64,000 nucleotides of DNA, from contig NC_086377.1 in the NCBI RefSeq assembly GCF_036588685.1, positions 79,422,001 to 79,486,000 on the forward strand. The letters are read 5' to 3'. The position numbers and the translations under genes were made by a program. This document shows, in pieces, positions 38,801-51,720 of this stretch. This DNA comes from Mytilus trossulus. Taxonomy: Eukaryota. The stretch's first letter is position 1, and each line of letters starts with the position of its first letter. The notes under the pieces were generated by a model. The model ran no database searches. It saw only the letters and a program-made list of their open reading frames with translations, and had not been told where the DNA came from.

Positions 38801-41024
38801 CTCTGTCATATCTGTATGCATTTTTTTTATGTTAACATGGTAAACACTTTTTTAAAGTATTTTATGAAGCTCAAAATATTTAAAAAAAAAAATAAACACT
38901 TAAAATATTTATATTTACTGAATATGACCATGCAAATGTGACATTTAAATAGGTAATAATCAGGATGTTAGCACTGGATATATCTGATAGGTATAAATAA
39001 GAAATTCTTATATACATGATGTAGCTAATAAACAAATTAAGACACAATAGTTTATTGCCCTGGGGGATGATATTTAATCTGTCCTTGGTTTAATCAGAGA
39101 CATATATATGTCTCTGGTTTAATGATATAAATTAATTTTATGTTTAATGTTTACAAATTACATGAATTATCATGATTAAAATTGTCTTCTTTAAAATTTT
39201 GATAACTTTTTCAAACAAATTATAATTCAAGAAAAATATGAAACAGCAGGATATACTTTTATTTTGGATATAAAAATTCAAATTTTAAAAGAAATTTAAA
39301 TATTGATTTATTAAAATAAAATTGGGTAAATGACTGAATTAAATAAACAAAAAAGTGTTGTCTGAGCTGCAAAGCATTATTTAATGCAAGCTGTAATAAG
39401 AATAAGTAAAAAGTATTCAGTGTAACACAAAAGATGTAAAAATTATTAAACTCAAGGATTTAAAACATTAACTGGGATGGTTGAGTCTTGGAACAATATG
39501 TTTACATCACAAGGTTTATTCATTATATGCACTGGATAAAGGTAAAGTCAATATCATCTAGTACATGTATAAATAGTAACGGTAACCATGAGGTAATAGT
39601 GCATTTGTTTATTTATTTTATTATTTCATCCTCAAACTTTTCTTTGTCATGTTTGTAGTATTAATATATTTCACATTAAATTATAAACATAATTCAAATG
39701 AACAAAAGAAATAACCTGTTGTGTTTTAGAGAGGAATTACTATGTCCATGATGTCTGACTTTAACGAATTGATGAATTAAAGTATGGTGTGAGCCTCAAT
39801 AAGACAGTAACACTTCAATGCAAGTACGCAATCACACTTAAAAAATCATTAATGCAGGAAAAAAGACAACACTACATGTACATGTATATAGAATTTAGAC
39901 CCCCTTAACAGATTTATTTTTCTTGTTTAATAGTGACTTGAAAATAGAATTGTATTAGTGCTAGAATTTTTCAGTCAATGAAATGAGAAGTGCTAGTTTT
40001 ATCTAGGTTAATACAGTAATTGTAATTAACTTTCTTATTATTGCACAATGTATATACATGTAGTATTATATATTTATTAATAGTTAAACATTTACTGTAC
40101 TTGAGTCTAAATGTATATTTTATTTTGTAGAATCATACTGAATATGTATTGGTTTGGCCATGATTCCCACTTAGAATATGACGCCTGCTAGTACATGTGC
40201 ACTTTGATGCATAGGAAACGTGTGCACTTTGATGCATAGGAAATATAGATGTCACTGAGTCGCTCGTATAGCTGCAAATTGTGAAACAATGGATTAATTC
40301 ATTATTTAATGCTAGTTATCTATTGTTTTTGGAAATTATGACTATGGCGTGCAGCATTATTCCATGATGATGATGTGATATTCTGATTAAATTGGACAAG
40401 AAGAAAATTGTGCCTTGTACAAATAGGAAACTTACAAATTGTCTTAAAGGAGGACCACATTACTGGAGGACTAATTACCTTGGATTATCATGACCAATTG
40501 TAAATTTTGAATAACAAAATTTCGTAGTTGCAGTGAATATAAATAGTGCAATCATACATGTATATTGTTTCTGAATTCCATGAATACCCAGGATAATTAT
40601 TCATTTGAAAAAGCAATTTGGAATAATGAAAATGCATAGTTTCAGTGAATTACTACTAATAATAGTGCATCATATATGAATTCATGAATACTTTGAATTA
40701 GTGGATAATCAGTCATTTTAAATAACAACAATATGGATATAATGTGAATTTCTAGTTTCAGTGAAATTTACAAAACAGTACATGTATATCACATCTGAAG
40801 TTTATGTTGGCGTTGCAATTGTTAACTGCATGTACCGCCAGCATGTCCAGGGTGTGTAAAAAGATCTTAACCAACTATGAGGGTCTTGTGCAGTCCGTGT
40901 CAATTAATTAGTGTCAAATGACTGCTTGTTGTACTTAAATTATTAAAGTCTGAATTAGAATTAAATAAAAATCTTAATTAGCATGATTAGTGGCCAAGTA
41001 TTTGAAACAAATAAACCATGCATG

Positions 41025-43165
41025 CAGGGGTTAAGAAATTTTGTATTAGCTCACTAGCCCACGGCTAATTGGTATCATGATTTTACTAGCCCTGTTGGAA
41101 GAACTACTAGCCCAGCAAAACTGACCCGCTAGCCCTAGTTTGCTTCACACATTTGAACGAGTTTGCTGCTAAAACAATGAATTATATAAAGTTAACAATT
41201 TTTATCCATTTTACAGTAGATTTGTGCAAATTGGATACTCAAAACTATCCAATTACTAGCTTAGCATATATATATATAAAGTAATTGATAATTGAATATT
41301 CACTGTATATTCTTTCATAATGAGTTGCCCAAATCCCGACATGAAACAAGTCTTCAAGTACTGGAGGGTTCTTACCAGATACATTTTCGCGTTTGTTTAA
41401 AAGAATTATCAGCTGATTAATTATGTAATGCTCATAATTGTTATCAGTTAATAAAATTATAACCACTAATATTTATATGAAGAAATATCACCATCAATAG
41501 CTTTTCTCTTTTATAATTGTTTTATAAACGAAGTACATTAATGTCCATATTTACATTTTTTACAGGTAAGCTAATTGTGACCTTAAATAGATATAACCTA
41601 AGCACGGCCTTTTAACTGAACTGAAATTGTATTTGTAAAAAAAAATATTTCTTTAAAAATCGATTGATTGATTGTTGGTTGCTTAACGTCCAGTGGCAAA
41701 TATTTCATGCATAATCAGGACGAGAACAAGTTCATAATAAATACAATAGGTAGGTTGTTACAATAGAGGCTATCTGGAAGTATGGTCGGGAACACTTGGA
41801 CTGCCACTGGAAAATGAGGGTATATTGGATAGGAACAGAAATTTTGCCTTGCAACAGGTCACCTACGGACTCCTCAAAGAATTGTTACAAGGGTTCTTAA
41901 CGTTCAAAGAGCGTGGCACTCTCCTAACACGAGACATCGGATTTAACCCCCCCTTCTGACCGGACGTGACTGCGAACTTGATACATCCTGCACAGCCAAA
42001 CGGACGCCCTACTTCGGCAAGCGTTTTACTGCCGGTCGGGAGAAGACCAAGTGACCGTATTTCTTTACCCCAGTCATCCTTGGGGACTTTAAAAATCGAA
42101 TGCATTTGGATATCAATGAAGATTATCATGATTGATGAAGATTTATTGCAACAAGTTAAACCTGATGCTTTTTGTTATCTATTAATCATGTGTTTCTTTG
42201 TCTAATATAATATCCTATTTATTTGTATTGTAGTCCTGTTATATTATGTTGTCAATTCAATGTTATATTTTACATTGCCATTAAAGTGTAAGGCTTGGCA
42301 TGCCTCTAAACCAGGTTCAAACCACCATTTTTCCCTTTAAAATGTCCTGTGCCAAGTCAGGAAGATGGCCATTGTTATATTATTGTTCGTTTTAGTGTGT
42401 GTTACATTTTAACGTTGCGTCGTTTGTTTTCTTTTTTAAATTTTTTGTGTAAATTCACATTGCGATAAGACGTGTCACGGTACTTGTCTATCCCAAATTC
42501 ATGTTTTTGGTTTTGATGTTCTATTTGTTATTCTCGTGGGATTTTGTCTGATGATTAGTCCGTTTCTGTGTGTGTTACATTTCATTGTTATGTAGTTGTT
42601 CTCCTCTTATATTTAATGCGTTTCCCTCGGTTTTAGTTTTTTACCCCGATTTTGTTTTTTGTCCATGGATTTATGAGTTTTGAACAGCGGTATACTACAG
42701 TTGTCTTTATTTAAGTTTTCCGAGACTGTTAATGATTTGATCATGGTTCTGGAGGCTTCTTTACAGTATGTAAACAATAACAAAATGGCGTTCATAACAT
42801 GTTTCAAAAGTAATATCTGACAAAAGTCAGGTTTCTGCTGTCAAAAAGGATTCACATTTATATTACAATAAATTATTCAGAAGGAGGTGCAATCAGGTTG
42901 CATATTAAGCCTGTACTAATACATCGATATTGAAAGTTCGGGATCCATTCAGAGTTATTTGTTCTATTTTAAAACATTCTGATGACGTAGTCGAATCTGA
43001 TTGGCTTAGATAGAAAAGTGATGAGGGGAGTTTCCCCGTTCTATTTTAGAAACGCCAAGAATTTTTTGTCACTAGTCCGTCGGGCATATTGGGTTACAAA
43101 TTTGGTTGCCCGAGCTCTAAATGATGTAGTCCCGGGCGTCGGGCTAGTGGATTTTTTAACCCCTG
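41025..43165. mobile_element. hAT-like non-autonomous element nested in the CACTA, itself containing retro-derived inserts
   Basis: CAGGGGTTAA...TTAACCCCTG termini and subterminal GGGCTAG/CTAGCCC motifs; no clean 8-bp TSD. Inner inserts at ~41660-42090 ((TTGA)n-tailed) and ~42170-42712. Confidence 0.65.
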
Positions 43166-43779
43166 GCATGTACTTTAAAGTATAATTTTATTATCCCTCC
43201 TGCAACAAAAGTTGAAATACACTCATGCAAGAAATATGTATTACAATCTGGCAGTGGCTACAGTCACTGTTTTGTATTTAAGCTTCACAAGATACATTTT
43301 AGAAGCTGAAAGGCCTGGAAACGTCCGTATGTTATGAAGTTTCTGTAAGTGATTTGTCCATTACACTTTACCATTGTTTTCATGGTACACTACATGTACA
43401 TGTACATTGTACATGTAACTGTTTGAAAAAAAATATTACTGTTTGAACAGTCACAGTGAAATACACTTTAAGTCTTAAATGTATATTAATTGAGGTTTTT
43501 TATGATATCTTGAAAGGTGTACATGTCTCATTGTCTATCAGGCAGGGTTGGCCTGATCCTGACTTCATTTCATGGATCAGTGATTAAGATTACTTCAGTT
43601 ACATGTAATTTGTAGAATTGTTTGTCACACATGTTAAATACTACAAGCAGTATAGGAAAAGAAGGTCAACTATATTTGGTGTATGAAATGAGTGTAAGGT
43701 GAATATATATGTCTAATTGGAAGACTTGCATCAGACTTTGACCTCAATGAAAATGTCATGGTTCATTGCACAATACTTA

Positions 43780-44280
43780 GTTTTTATACGCCCGTCTAAA
43801 GGGACATACATGTATTATGGTTTACTGTTGTCCATCGGTCTGTCTGTCCGTCCGTCGGTTGTCCACACTTCGGACAATAACTCAAAAACACTTTCACCAA
43901 TTTCCATGAAACTTAAGTGAATTGTTTATATCTATTGAGGTAAGCTCCCTTTCGTTTTTTTTTTAAATTTCAGATTTTAAGTTTTGGATTTATGGGGCTT
44001 TATTCATAAAAAAAGGGGGGATTTTCAACACTTCGGACAATAACTCAAAAAAGCTTTCACCAATGTCCAGGAAACTTTGGTGAATTGTTTATATCTATTG
44101 ACTGTAAGCTCCATTTCAATTTTTTTAAATTTCAGATTTTAAGTTTTGGATTAATGGGGCTTTATTCATAAAAAAGGGGGATTTTCCAATTTTGGGACAA
44201 TAACTAACACTTTCACAAAATTTTATGCAACTTTGATAAGCAACAGGCGTATCATGGGCTAAAGCGCAGCCCTTTATTGT
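43780..44280 (-). mobile_element. HINE-like element
   Basis: T-tract start, (GTCC/GTCT) microsatellite, ~165-bp tandem units (cacttcggacaataactc) and terminal hairpin. Confidence 0.7.
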
Positions 44281-45679
44281 GGTTTGATCTACATGTATTT
44301 CCAAATGTTTCTCAGATGCTACAGTAGAAACTAGTCTACATGTACATGCATGACATCACTATTTTTGGCATATTATCATGATTATTGGATATTCATAAGT
44401 TAGTTTTCATGGTTTGGATGTTAAGAATGTTAAGTCTATTTCACAGACAGTATAAATCACTAAATTTTTGGTATGGAATGTCAGTTTCACTTTGTGGGGT
44501 GTACATCATCTGTCTGGCATGGTTAATTTGACTGCAACTTAACTTTCAAAGGTTAATGAAAATTGAAAGTGTGTGTGATACTTGTACATGTAGTAAAACC
44601 TTCATACATGAAGGTAGAGCAGAAATGACATTTCAGCAGTTGTACAGTCACTCTTGTTTACATCTGACACCAGTGATCATGTCTACCATATTGATTATAC
44701 ACATGTACATGATGTAGCTGATTTTTGATAACAAAAGTCTGACAACTATCAACAATTGTTATAATTCATTTGATAATACTAGGTATTGTAGTCTTGTATA
44801 ACATATAAAATAGAAGATGTGGTATGATTGCCAATGAGACAACTATCCACAAAAGACCAGAATGACACAAACATTACACATTATAGGTAACTGTACGGCC
44901 TTCAACATTGGTCAAAGCCCATACTGCATAGTCAGCTATAAAAGGCCCAGATAAGAGAATGTAAAACAATTCAAACAAAAAACTAACTGCCTTATTTATG
45001 TAAAAAATTGAACGAAAAACAAATATATATATATACAACACATAAACAAACGACAACCACTTAATTACAGGCTCCTGACTTGGGACAGGCACATACTTAA
45101 ATTATGTGATGGGGTTAAACATGTTAGCGGGATTTTAACCCTCCCCTAACCTGGGAAAGTGGTATAACATATATACTGTATGATAACCAGAATAAGGAGA
45201 TGTGGTATGAATTTCAATAAGACAACCAAAGGTAACTGTACATCCTTCAACAATGAGCAAAATTAGTTCCGCATAAGTGTGATAATGAAAAACCTATAAC
45301 AGGCCTAGTCATATTGCATGTATTGGATGATGTAACACGATGTAAATAAGTTTAGATGAGAAACCCAAGTTTAATTTTTATACCATGTAAACTATATAAA
45401 AGCAACATTGACACGTCAGTGATGACAAATATTTTGTGGTTAACCAAAGACTTGTACTAAAACAGCTGATCATCTGCCCTTGTTAATGTTTTTTTCTACA
45501 AATCCATTATATCTGCTTTTGAATAAATACCTTCTAAATATATATCCCAAGATGTTAAGGAACATTTTCTCATTGTTTTCTATAAACACAATAAGCATTA
45601 CAAAGTCATACATGTATAACACACTAAACCATTATAGGTCAAAGTGAGGATCTAGAAAGGGTGGGGGGGGGAGGTTTCG

Positions 45680-46805
45680 GGGGTGTCGAAAAGGCGAGAC
45701 TAAGCGATCCTACTTTCCGTCGTCAGTGGCGGCGGCGTCCACAAATATTCACTCTGTACGTGATTAAAGTTTTTGAAATTTTAATAACTTTCTTAAACTA
45801 TACTGGGATTACTTCCAAACGTGGACAGAAGCTTGTTTATGATTAAAAAATACTATCCAGAAGTAAATTTTGTAAAAATAAAATTCCATTTTTTCCGTAT
45901 TTTATTTATAAAAGGACTTAGTTTTTCTACGTTGAAACATTACAAAAACTCTGTGGTTCAAGTTTTTAAAATTTTAATAACTTTCTTAAACTATCCTGGG
46001 TTTGTACCAGGTTCAGGGGTGTCGAAAAGGCGAGACTAAGCAATCCTACTTTCCGTCGTCAGCGGCGGCGGCGGCGTCCACAAATATTCACTCTGTGGTT
46101 AAAGTTTTTGAAATTTTAATAACTTTCTTAAACTATACTGGGATTACTTCCAAACGTGGACAGAAGCTTGTTTATGATTATAAAATAGTATCCAGAAGTA
46201 AATTTTGTAAAAATAAAATTCCATTTTTTCCGTATTTTACTTATAAAAGGACTTAGTTTTTCTACGTTGTTTACCTCAATCTTGAATGCTGACGTGCTAT
46301 TTACATGTATCATGTGTATCAATTTCATAAACTCTGTGGTTCAAGTTTTTAAAATTTTAATAACTTTCTTAAACTATCCTGGGTTTGTACCAAACTTGGA
46401 CAGAAGCTTGTTTATGATCAAAAGATAGTATACAGAAGTAAATTTTGTAAAAAAATAAATCAATTTTTTCGTATTTTACATTTAAATGGACTTAGATTTT
46501 CTGCCAGGAATCAACACATCGATCTGTGGTTACTTATGCTACTTTTTATTTGTACCAAACTTAGACAGAAGCTTGTTTATGATCATAAGCTAGTATTTAA
46601 TAGGAAACTTTGTACCTGTCATGCCTGTGTATCTGTATTTTACTTATAAATGGACTTAATTTTTCTTCCAGTTCTCATTTCACACAGTCTGCAGTTAAAG
46701 TTTTTAAACATTTATTTGATTCATAAACTATCCTAGATTCTTACTAAACTTGGACAGAAGCCTCTTGCAATGAAAAGATAGTATCGAGAGGAATATTTTT
46801 TATTG
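45680..46805 (-). mobile_element. HINE-like element with duplicated head and tandem units
   Basis: Head 'ggggtgtcgaaaaggcgagactaagc...cggcggcgtccac' occurs at both 45681 and 46016; repeated 'actctgtggttaaagtttttgaaattttaataactttcttaaactat' units. Confidence 0.7.
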
Positions 46806-48414
46806 ACGCGGAACCCTTACAAATTTTCTTTGGACGATCAAAGCATTTGAATGGGTACATGTAATTGGAACCCCCCTTTGTCCTGGGTTAGAAACACCAC
46901 CTTTTTAAAATGGCTGGATCCTCCCCTGGGCCTTCAACATGGAGCATCGGCTTACACCGAACAAAAAATATAAAGGGACCCAAAATATTGTCTGTACATC
47001 TAGTAACATTGTTATTTTTCGTTACTGATTGAATAATATGTCATTTTGTACAAGCATTTATAGGATTAAATAATTTGAAATGGGAAAATATTTTGGATAA
47101 ACGTTAGTACATCTGATCAACTGAAACCACATAAGAAAATCCGATGTCAGTCTTTAGAATTTAATAAGAGCGGAGTCTAAAGAATACATCAAGTTCTAAA
47201 CCGTGATGTGAAAAAAAATAAAAGAAGATTTGATTTCCCTGTCTGAAACAATGCGAGTTTTCTTGTTTTGAACATTTGAACTTTCACTGGTGCTAGTTAT
47301 TTTGTCGGGTCTTGTACAGTACGTCCATCTACTAGTATTTACATATGTATGGTAAATTGCTTGCGAAAAATCCGGTGAAAATATGAATTTTTCTCGCGAG
47401 TGATAATATTTTTTTACCTCAATCTTGAATGCTGACGAGCTATTTACATGTATCATGTGTATCAATTACAATTGAACTTCAAATAGACCATTCCGTACAA
47501 AATACAATACAAAGTCGAGTTAATATTGAACTATTCAAAAATAAAATACGATAAGATAAAATAAATTAAATTCAGATAGATTTAAGATTTGCTTTCCATA
47601 GCTGCAAAAGATGTGTTAAATGTCTGGTTGTGTTTTTTTTTCATGTATAGAAATTAAAATGGTTAATACGGCAATAATTATAATTTTACAAGACAAAAAT
47701 GTAGCCCCAAATAAAAGCTCAGAATAAGTGTGTGAAATAAGCCCTCAAGAAAATAAAAAAGCAGTTGTATATGGGGATAAGTTTGACAAGTGTGTATATT
47801 AGGAGTTCCCCGCTAGGTTTAGAGTATATACTGTATATTGGGCGTTATTAGGAAGCAATGTGATTCGTAAAATACGGGTATTGAAAACAACCGTGTATGC
47901 ATGAATGATTTTACACCTAACTAAGTTAATGAAAAATAATTAAATTGTTATTTAGATAATATTAAAAATTGTCAAATCAGTTATAAAGATACATTTGGTT
48001 ACAAATATATTGGGGAACGTTTTTCGATTTTTCTTTTATTTAGTGAAATTACAAGTATCTAGTGCTGGTTCCGATTTTATTTGTTCGAAGAGATAAAGAC
48101 GATGAAGTGTTAATAAAATATATAAATTCTGTACATTCACTAAATAACCGACGAATGCAAAAATGTGTTCAGCGGCAAATATTACAAAATACATTTTTTT
48201 TTAAAATCAATATCTATCTGAAATTAATGTAATAAATGGGAGTGATAGTTGTTTCTCTTTGTCACAACCTTATATTTCACACAGTAAAATTGTTTTACAA
48301 ATAATTGAACCTATATCCCCGACTGTTAGACATTTTGTATCCGTGACTTTTAAGTGTACATAAAGGACAATGTTTGGAAGTTGCTACGCTTATAAATTAG
48401 CTATGCCTATACAT

Positions 48415-48668
48415 AATAAATAGAATCTATTTTTCAATATTAAATATTATTTTTTAATATTAATAAATCAAATATCTAATATTAAAAAATGATTTTTTAA
48501 TATTAGAAAATAAAACCTTTTTATTAATTTATTAATTTTTTAATATTAACAAAATATTTATTAATATTAAATATTCGATTTATTTATATTAAAAAATAAT
48601 ATTTAATATTAATAAATGATTTATTAATATTAATCAATAGGGAATAAATTCCAAAACGGCTTGCCATA
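48415..48668. repeat. Extremely AT-rich AATATTAA repeat tract ending in a MITE-like terminus
   Basis: Nearly pure A/T with reiterated aatattaa; ends ggaataaattccaaaacggcttgccata. Confidence 0.6.
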
Positions 48669-49122
48669 TATGAAATGGTTGTAGCTATCATATTATAACT
48701 GTTACAACTTTTTTCTGCGTTTAAACAGTTTATTCGTGACTGTTTCAACGTTTTCCGTGTTGGGACAGTAATTAAATAACTGTTACAACTTTCTAATGGT
48801 TGCATCAGTTTTATTACGACTGTGACAACCATTTAGGCGTTTAATCAGTTTATTTATGACTGTTGCAACGTTTTTCGAGTTGGGACAGTTGTAAATCAAC
48901 TGTTACAACTTTGAAATAGTTGTATCAGTCCTTTAATGACCGTGACAGTTATTTCTTGCGTTGTTACAGTCGATTTATGTTGTAGACAAACATTTTTAAA
49001 GTTGGGACAGTTACAAAAAAACTGCAGCAGTGAAATTTAACAACTGTTACAACTTTAACAAACATTATCAGTCTTAGAACGACTGTTACTGGTATGGACA
49101 GACGTTTTTTCGTCCAGTAGTG

Positions 49123-50036
49123 TTAGGGTGCATTACCGTCTTTCCCCAAATGATAAACAGTATGACCAACATTCACAATTATAGGTACTTGGGGTGCAAT
49201 ACGGTCTTTCCCTAAAACATAGACAGAATGACCAGCATTCACAATTATAGGTACTTAGGGTGCAATACGGTCTTTCCCAAAAGCATAGACAGAATGACCA
49301 GCATTCACAATTATGGGTACTAAGGGTGCAATACGGTCTTTCCCCAAAACATAGATAGAATGACCAGCATTCACAATTATATGTACTTAGGGTGCATTAC
49401 CGTCTTTCCCTAAAACATAGACAGAATGACCAGCATTCACAATTATAAGTACTTAGGGTGCAATACCGTCTTTCCCCAAAGCATAGACAGAATGACCAGC
49501 ATTCACAATTATAGGTACTTAAGGATGCAATACGGTATTTCCCCAAAACATAGACAGAATGACCAGCATTCACAATTATAGGTACTTAAGGGTGCTATAC
49601 GGTCTTTCCCCAAAACATATAGATAGAATGACCAGCATTCACAATTATAGGTACTTAGGGTTCATTACCGTCTTTCCCCAAATGATGAACAGTATGACCA
49701 ACATTCATAATTATAGGTACTTAAGGGTACAATATGGTCTTTCCCCAAAACATAGACAGAATGACCAGCATTTACAATTATATGTACTTAGGGTGCAATA
49801 CCGTCTTTCCCAAAAACATAGACAGAATGACCAGCATTCACAATTATTGGTACTTAGGGTGCAATACCGTTTTTCCCCAAAACATAGACAGAATGACCAG
49901 CATTCACAATTATAGGTACTAAGGGTGTTATAGGTCTTTCCCCAAAACGTAGACAGAATGACCAGCATTCACAATTATAGGTACTTAGGGCGCAATTCTA
50001 TCTTTCCCCAAAAGGTAGACAGAATGACTAGCATTC
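49123..50036. repeat. 66-bp satellite, right part (~14 monomers)
   Basis: Same monomer; resumes exactly in register after the CACTA (ggtacTTA | TTAgggtgc). Confidence 0.97.
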
Positions 50037-51720
50037 AGTTAAAGAAACAATAGTCTTTCCTAATAGGAAGAAATTCCCCAACAGTTACTTATAGTATATT
50101 TTACATTTTAAGTTGACTTTTTGTCAAAATTTGTTTTAACTACGGTAATTGTGAACAAGAAAAATTTAGTCAAGAATTTATATCCTTGAAGTTAGTAAAT
50201 TTTGATCTTGTTTTATCAAATAGGCTCTGCTAAAAAAAAGATAAATGTAGCTGTGTGTATATTTAAAAACACAAATAAGTAAGAGGATGAAAAATAATGT
50301 AAAAATGAAGCATATGTAAATAAAAATTTAAATAAGTTAAAATGAAACATATGTAAATACAAATTTAAATAAGTAAAATTAATCATATGTAAATAAAAAT
50401 TTAGATAAGTATAAAAATAAAAAAACTTCTAGAAATTAAACAAAAATACTTCAGACTTTGAATCTAAATAAAAAATAAAAACTCCAATAATGATATATCT
50501 TAAAAATGTGAGAAGCTTTAATTTCAAACGTCTGTGTGAAACATCATCTACGTGTGAAACATCATCTGTTTCATGCAACATCATGGAGAGTCACATATCC
50601 TCCCCTGTAGACAACGTATCATGATGACATAAATGAATTCAAATTCATTTGATAACAAAAACAAAGTTAAAATGGTGTGACATTAAAAATAAAGGTGATC
50701 AGTAAATTATATTGGTCACAATTTTATGTAAATTTAACTTGTATTTATAAATAAATATTTATATAGAATAGTCACCAAAGAGACTATACTTGTATCTTTA
50801 AGATATTTCAAATCAACTGTGCTTGTGACCGTCATAAATTTGTATTTGGACTATTAAAATCAACAGATCATTATTTCATGGAAATATGAATAATATATCC
50901 TGATTGTAACATCATGAAAAATCATATATCCACAATGATGGACAACTTATCATGATGACTTCATCAAAAATATCTCGACCAACAACTTTAACCTGAAGCG
51001 GGACAGACGACCGAACGAACGGACGAACGGGCGCACAGACCAGATAACATAATGCCCATCTAATATTGTAGGTGGGGCATAATAATAGTATTGTTATTGT
51101 TGCTGGTGTGTGTCTTCCAGATTTCATTGCAAACACAATTATGATTTGGGGGGGATGATGAAAAAAAATGTTTTTGTTTCTTGTTTCTAATTATCATGAT
51201 CATGTAATGATAGCGAATTTTTGTATTCAACTGAATTGTATATAAAAGAGTTCAACAGAATGCATCAGAAACCAGCAATCTGAAATATCACATCAAGAAA
51301 ATAAACAGATTTTGAATCACAGACGAATATAAGTAATGTTTATCAATTAAACACGATCAGTCTCCCCCCAAAAAAGACCACATTCGGGAAATATATGTGA
51401 TAAGTCAAACTGTACATGTCTGATATTGTTTTTAATTTAGTTCGACCTTGAAAATATGTATAAACAAGATAAGTACTACGTGGTAAAATTATAAATTGAA
51501 TGTAGACTCATCATAACAGGAAGATGAAGGGTGTGATTTTAACGATTTGAACTTGACATCATCCGGAGGTTACAAGTGGAAACATAATTTTCCTTACATC
51601 AGCTTGGTTCGACTTTATTCATTGTATATTCGATGCTTTCAATTTTGAGTGTAGTATACATTGACTAAATTTTGGATGGTGGAGGCTGAGAATTTGTAGA
51701 CGTTTTTATTTTAATCTTAA

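Larger units (their letters stand above)
35881..49122. mobile_element. 13.2-kb CACTA/EnSpm-type DNA transposon (non-autonomous)
   Basis: CACTA...TAGTG termini; 54-bp TIR with 4 mismatches (35881-35934 / 49069-49122); TTA TSD (35878-35880, 49123-49125); subterminal repeat fields (to ~36400 and from ~48690) built from gttgggacagt / actgttacaactt motifs; no long ORF. Confidence 0.93.

Noticed and set aside
41017-43173. 8-bp TSD for the hAT-like element
   Set aside because: The flanks CATGCATG and GCATGTAC do not match cleanly, so the hAT label rests on the termini only.
47391-47401. TCTCGCGAG promoter motif (and CCGGAAGT at ~53737)
   Set aside because: Isolated short motifs inside transposons with no associated gene; not supportable as functional promoters.
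34596-50036. The two satellite blocks as LTR-like direct repeats of one element
   Set aside because: They are one array split by a TIR element with a TSD; the monomer phase is continuous.
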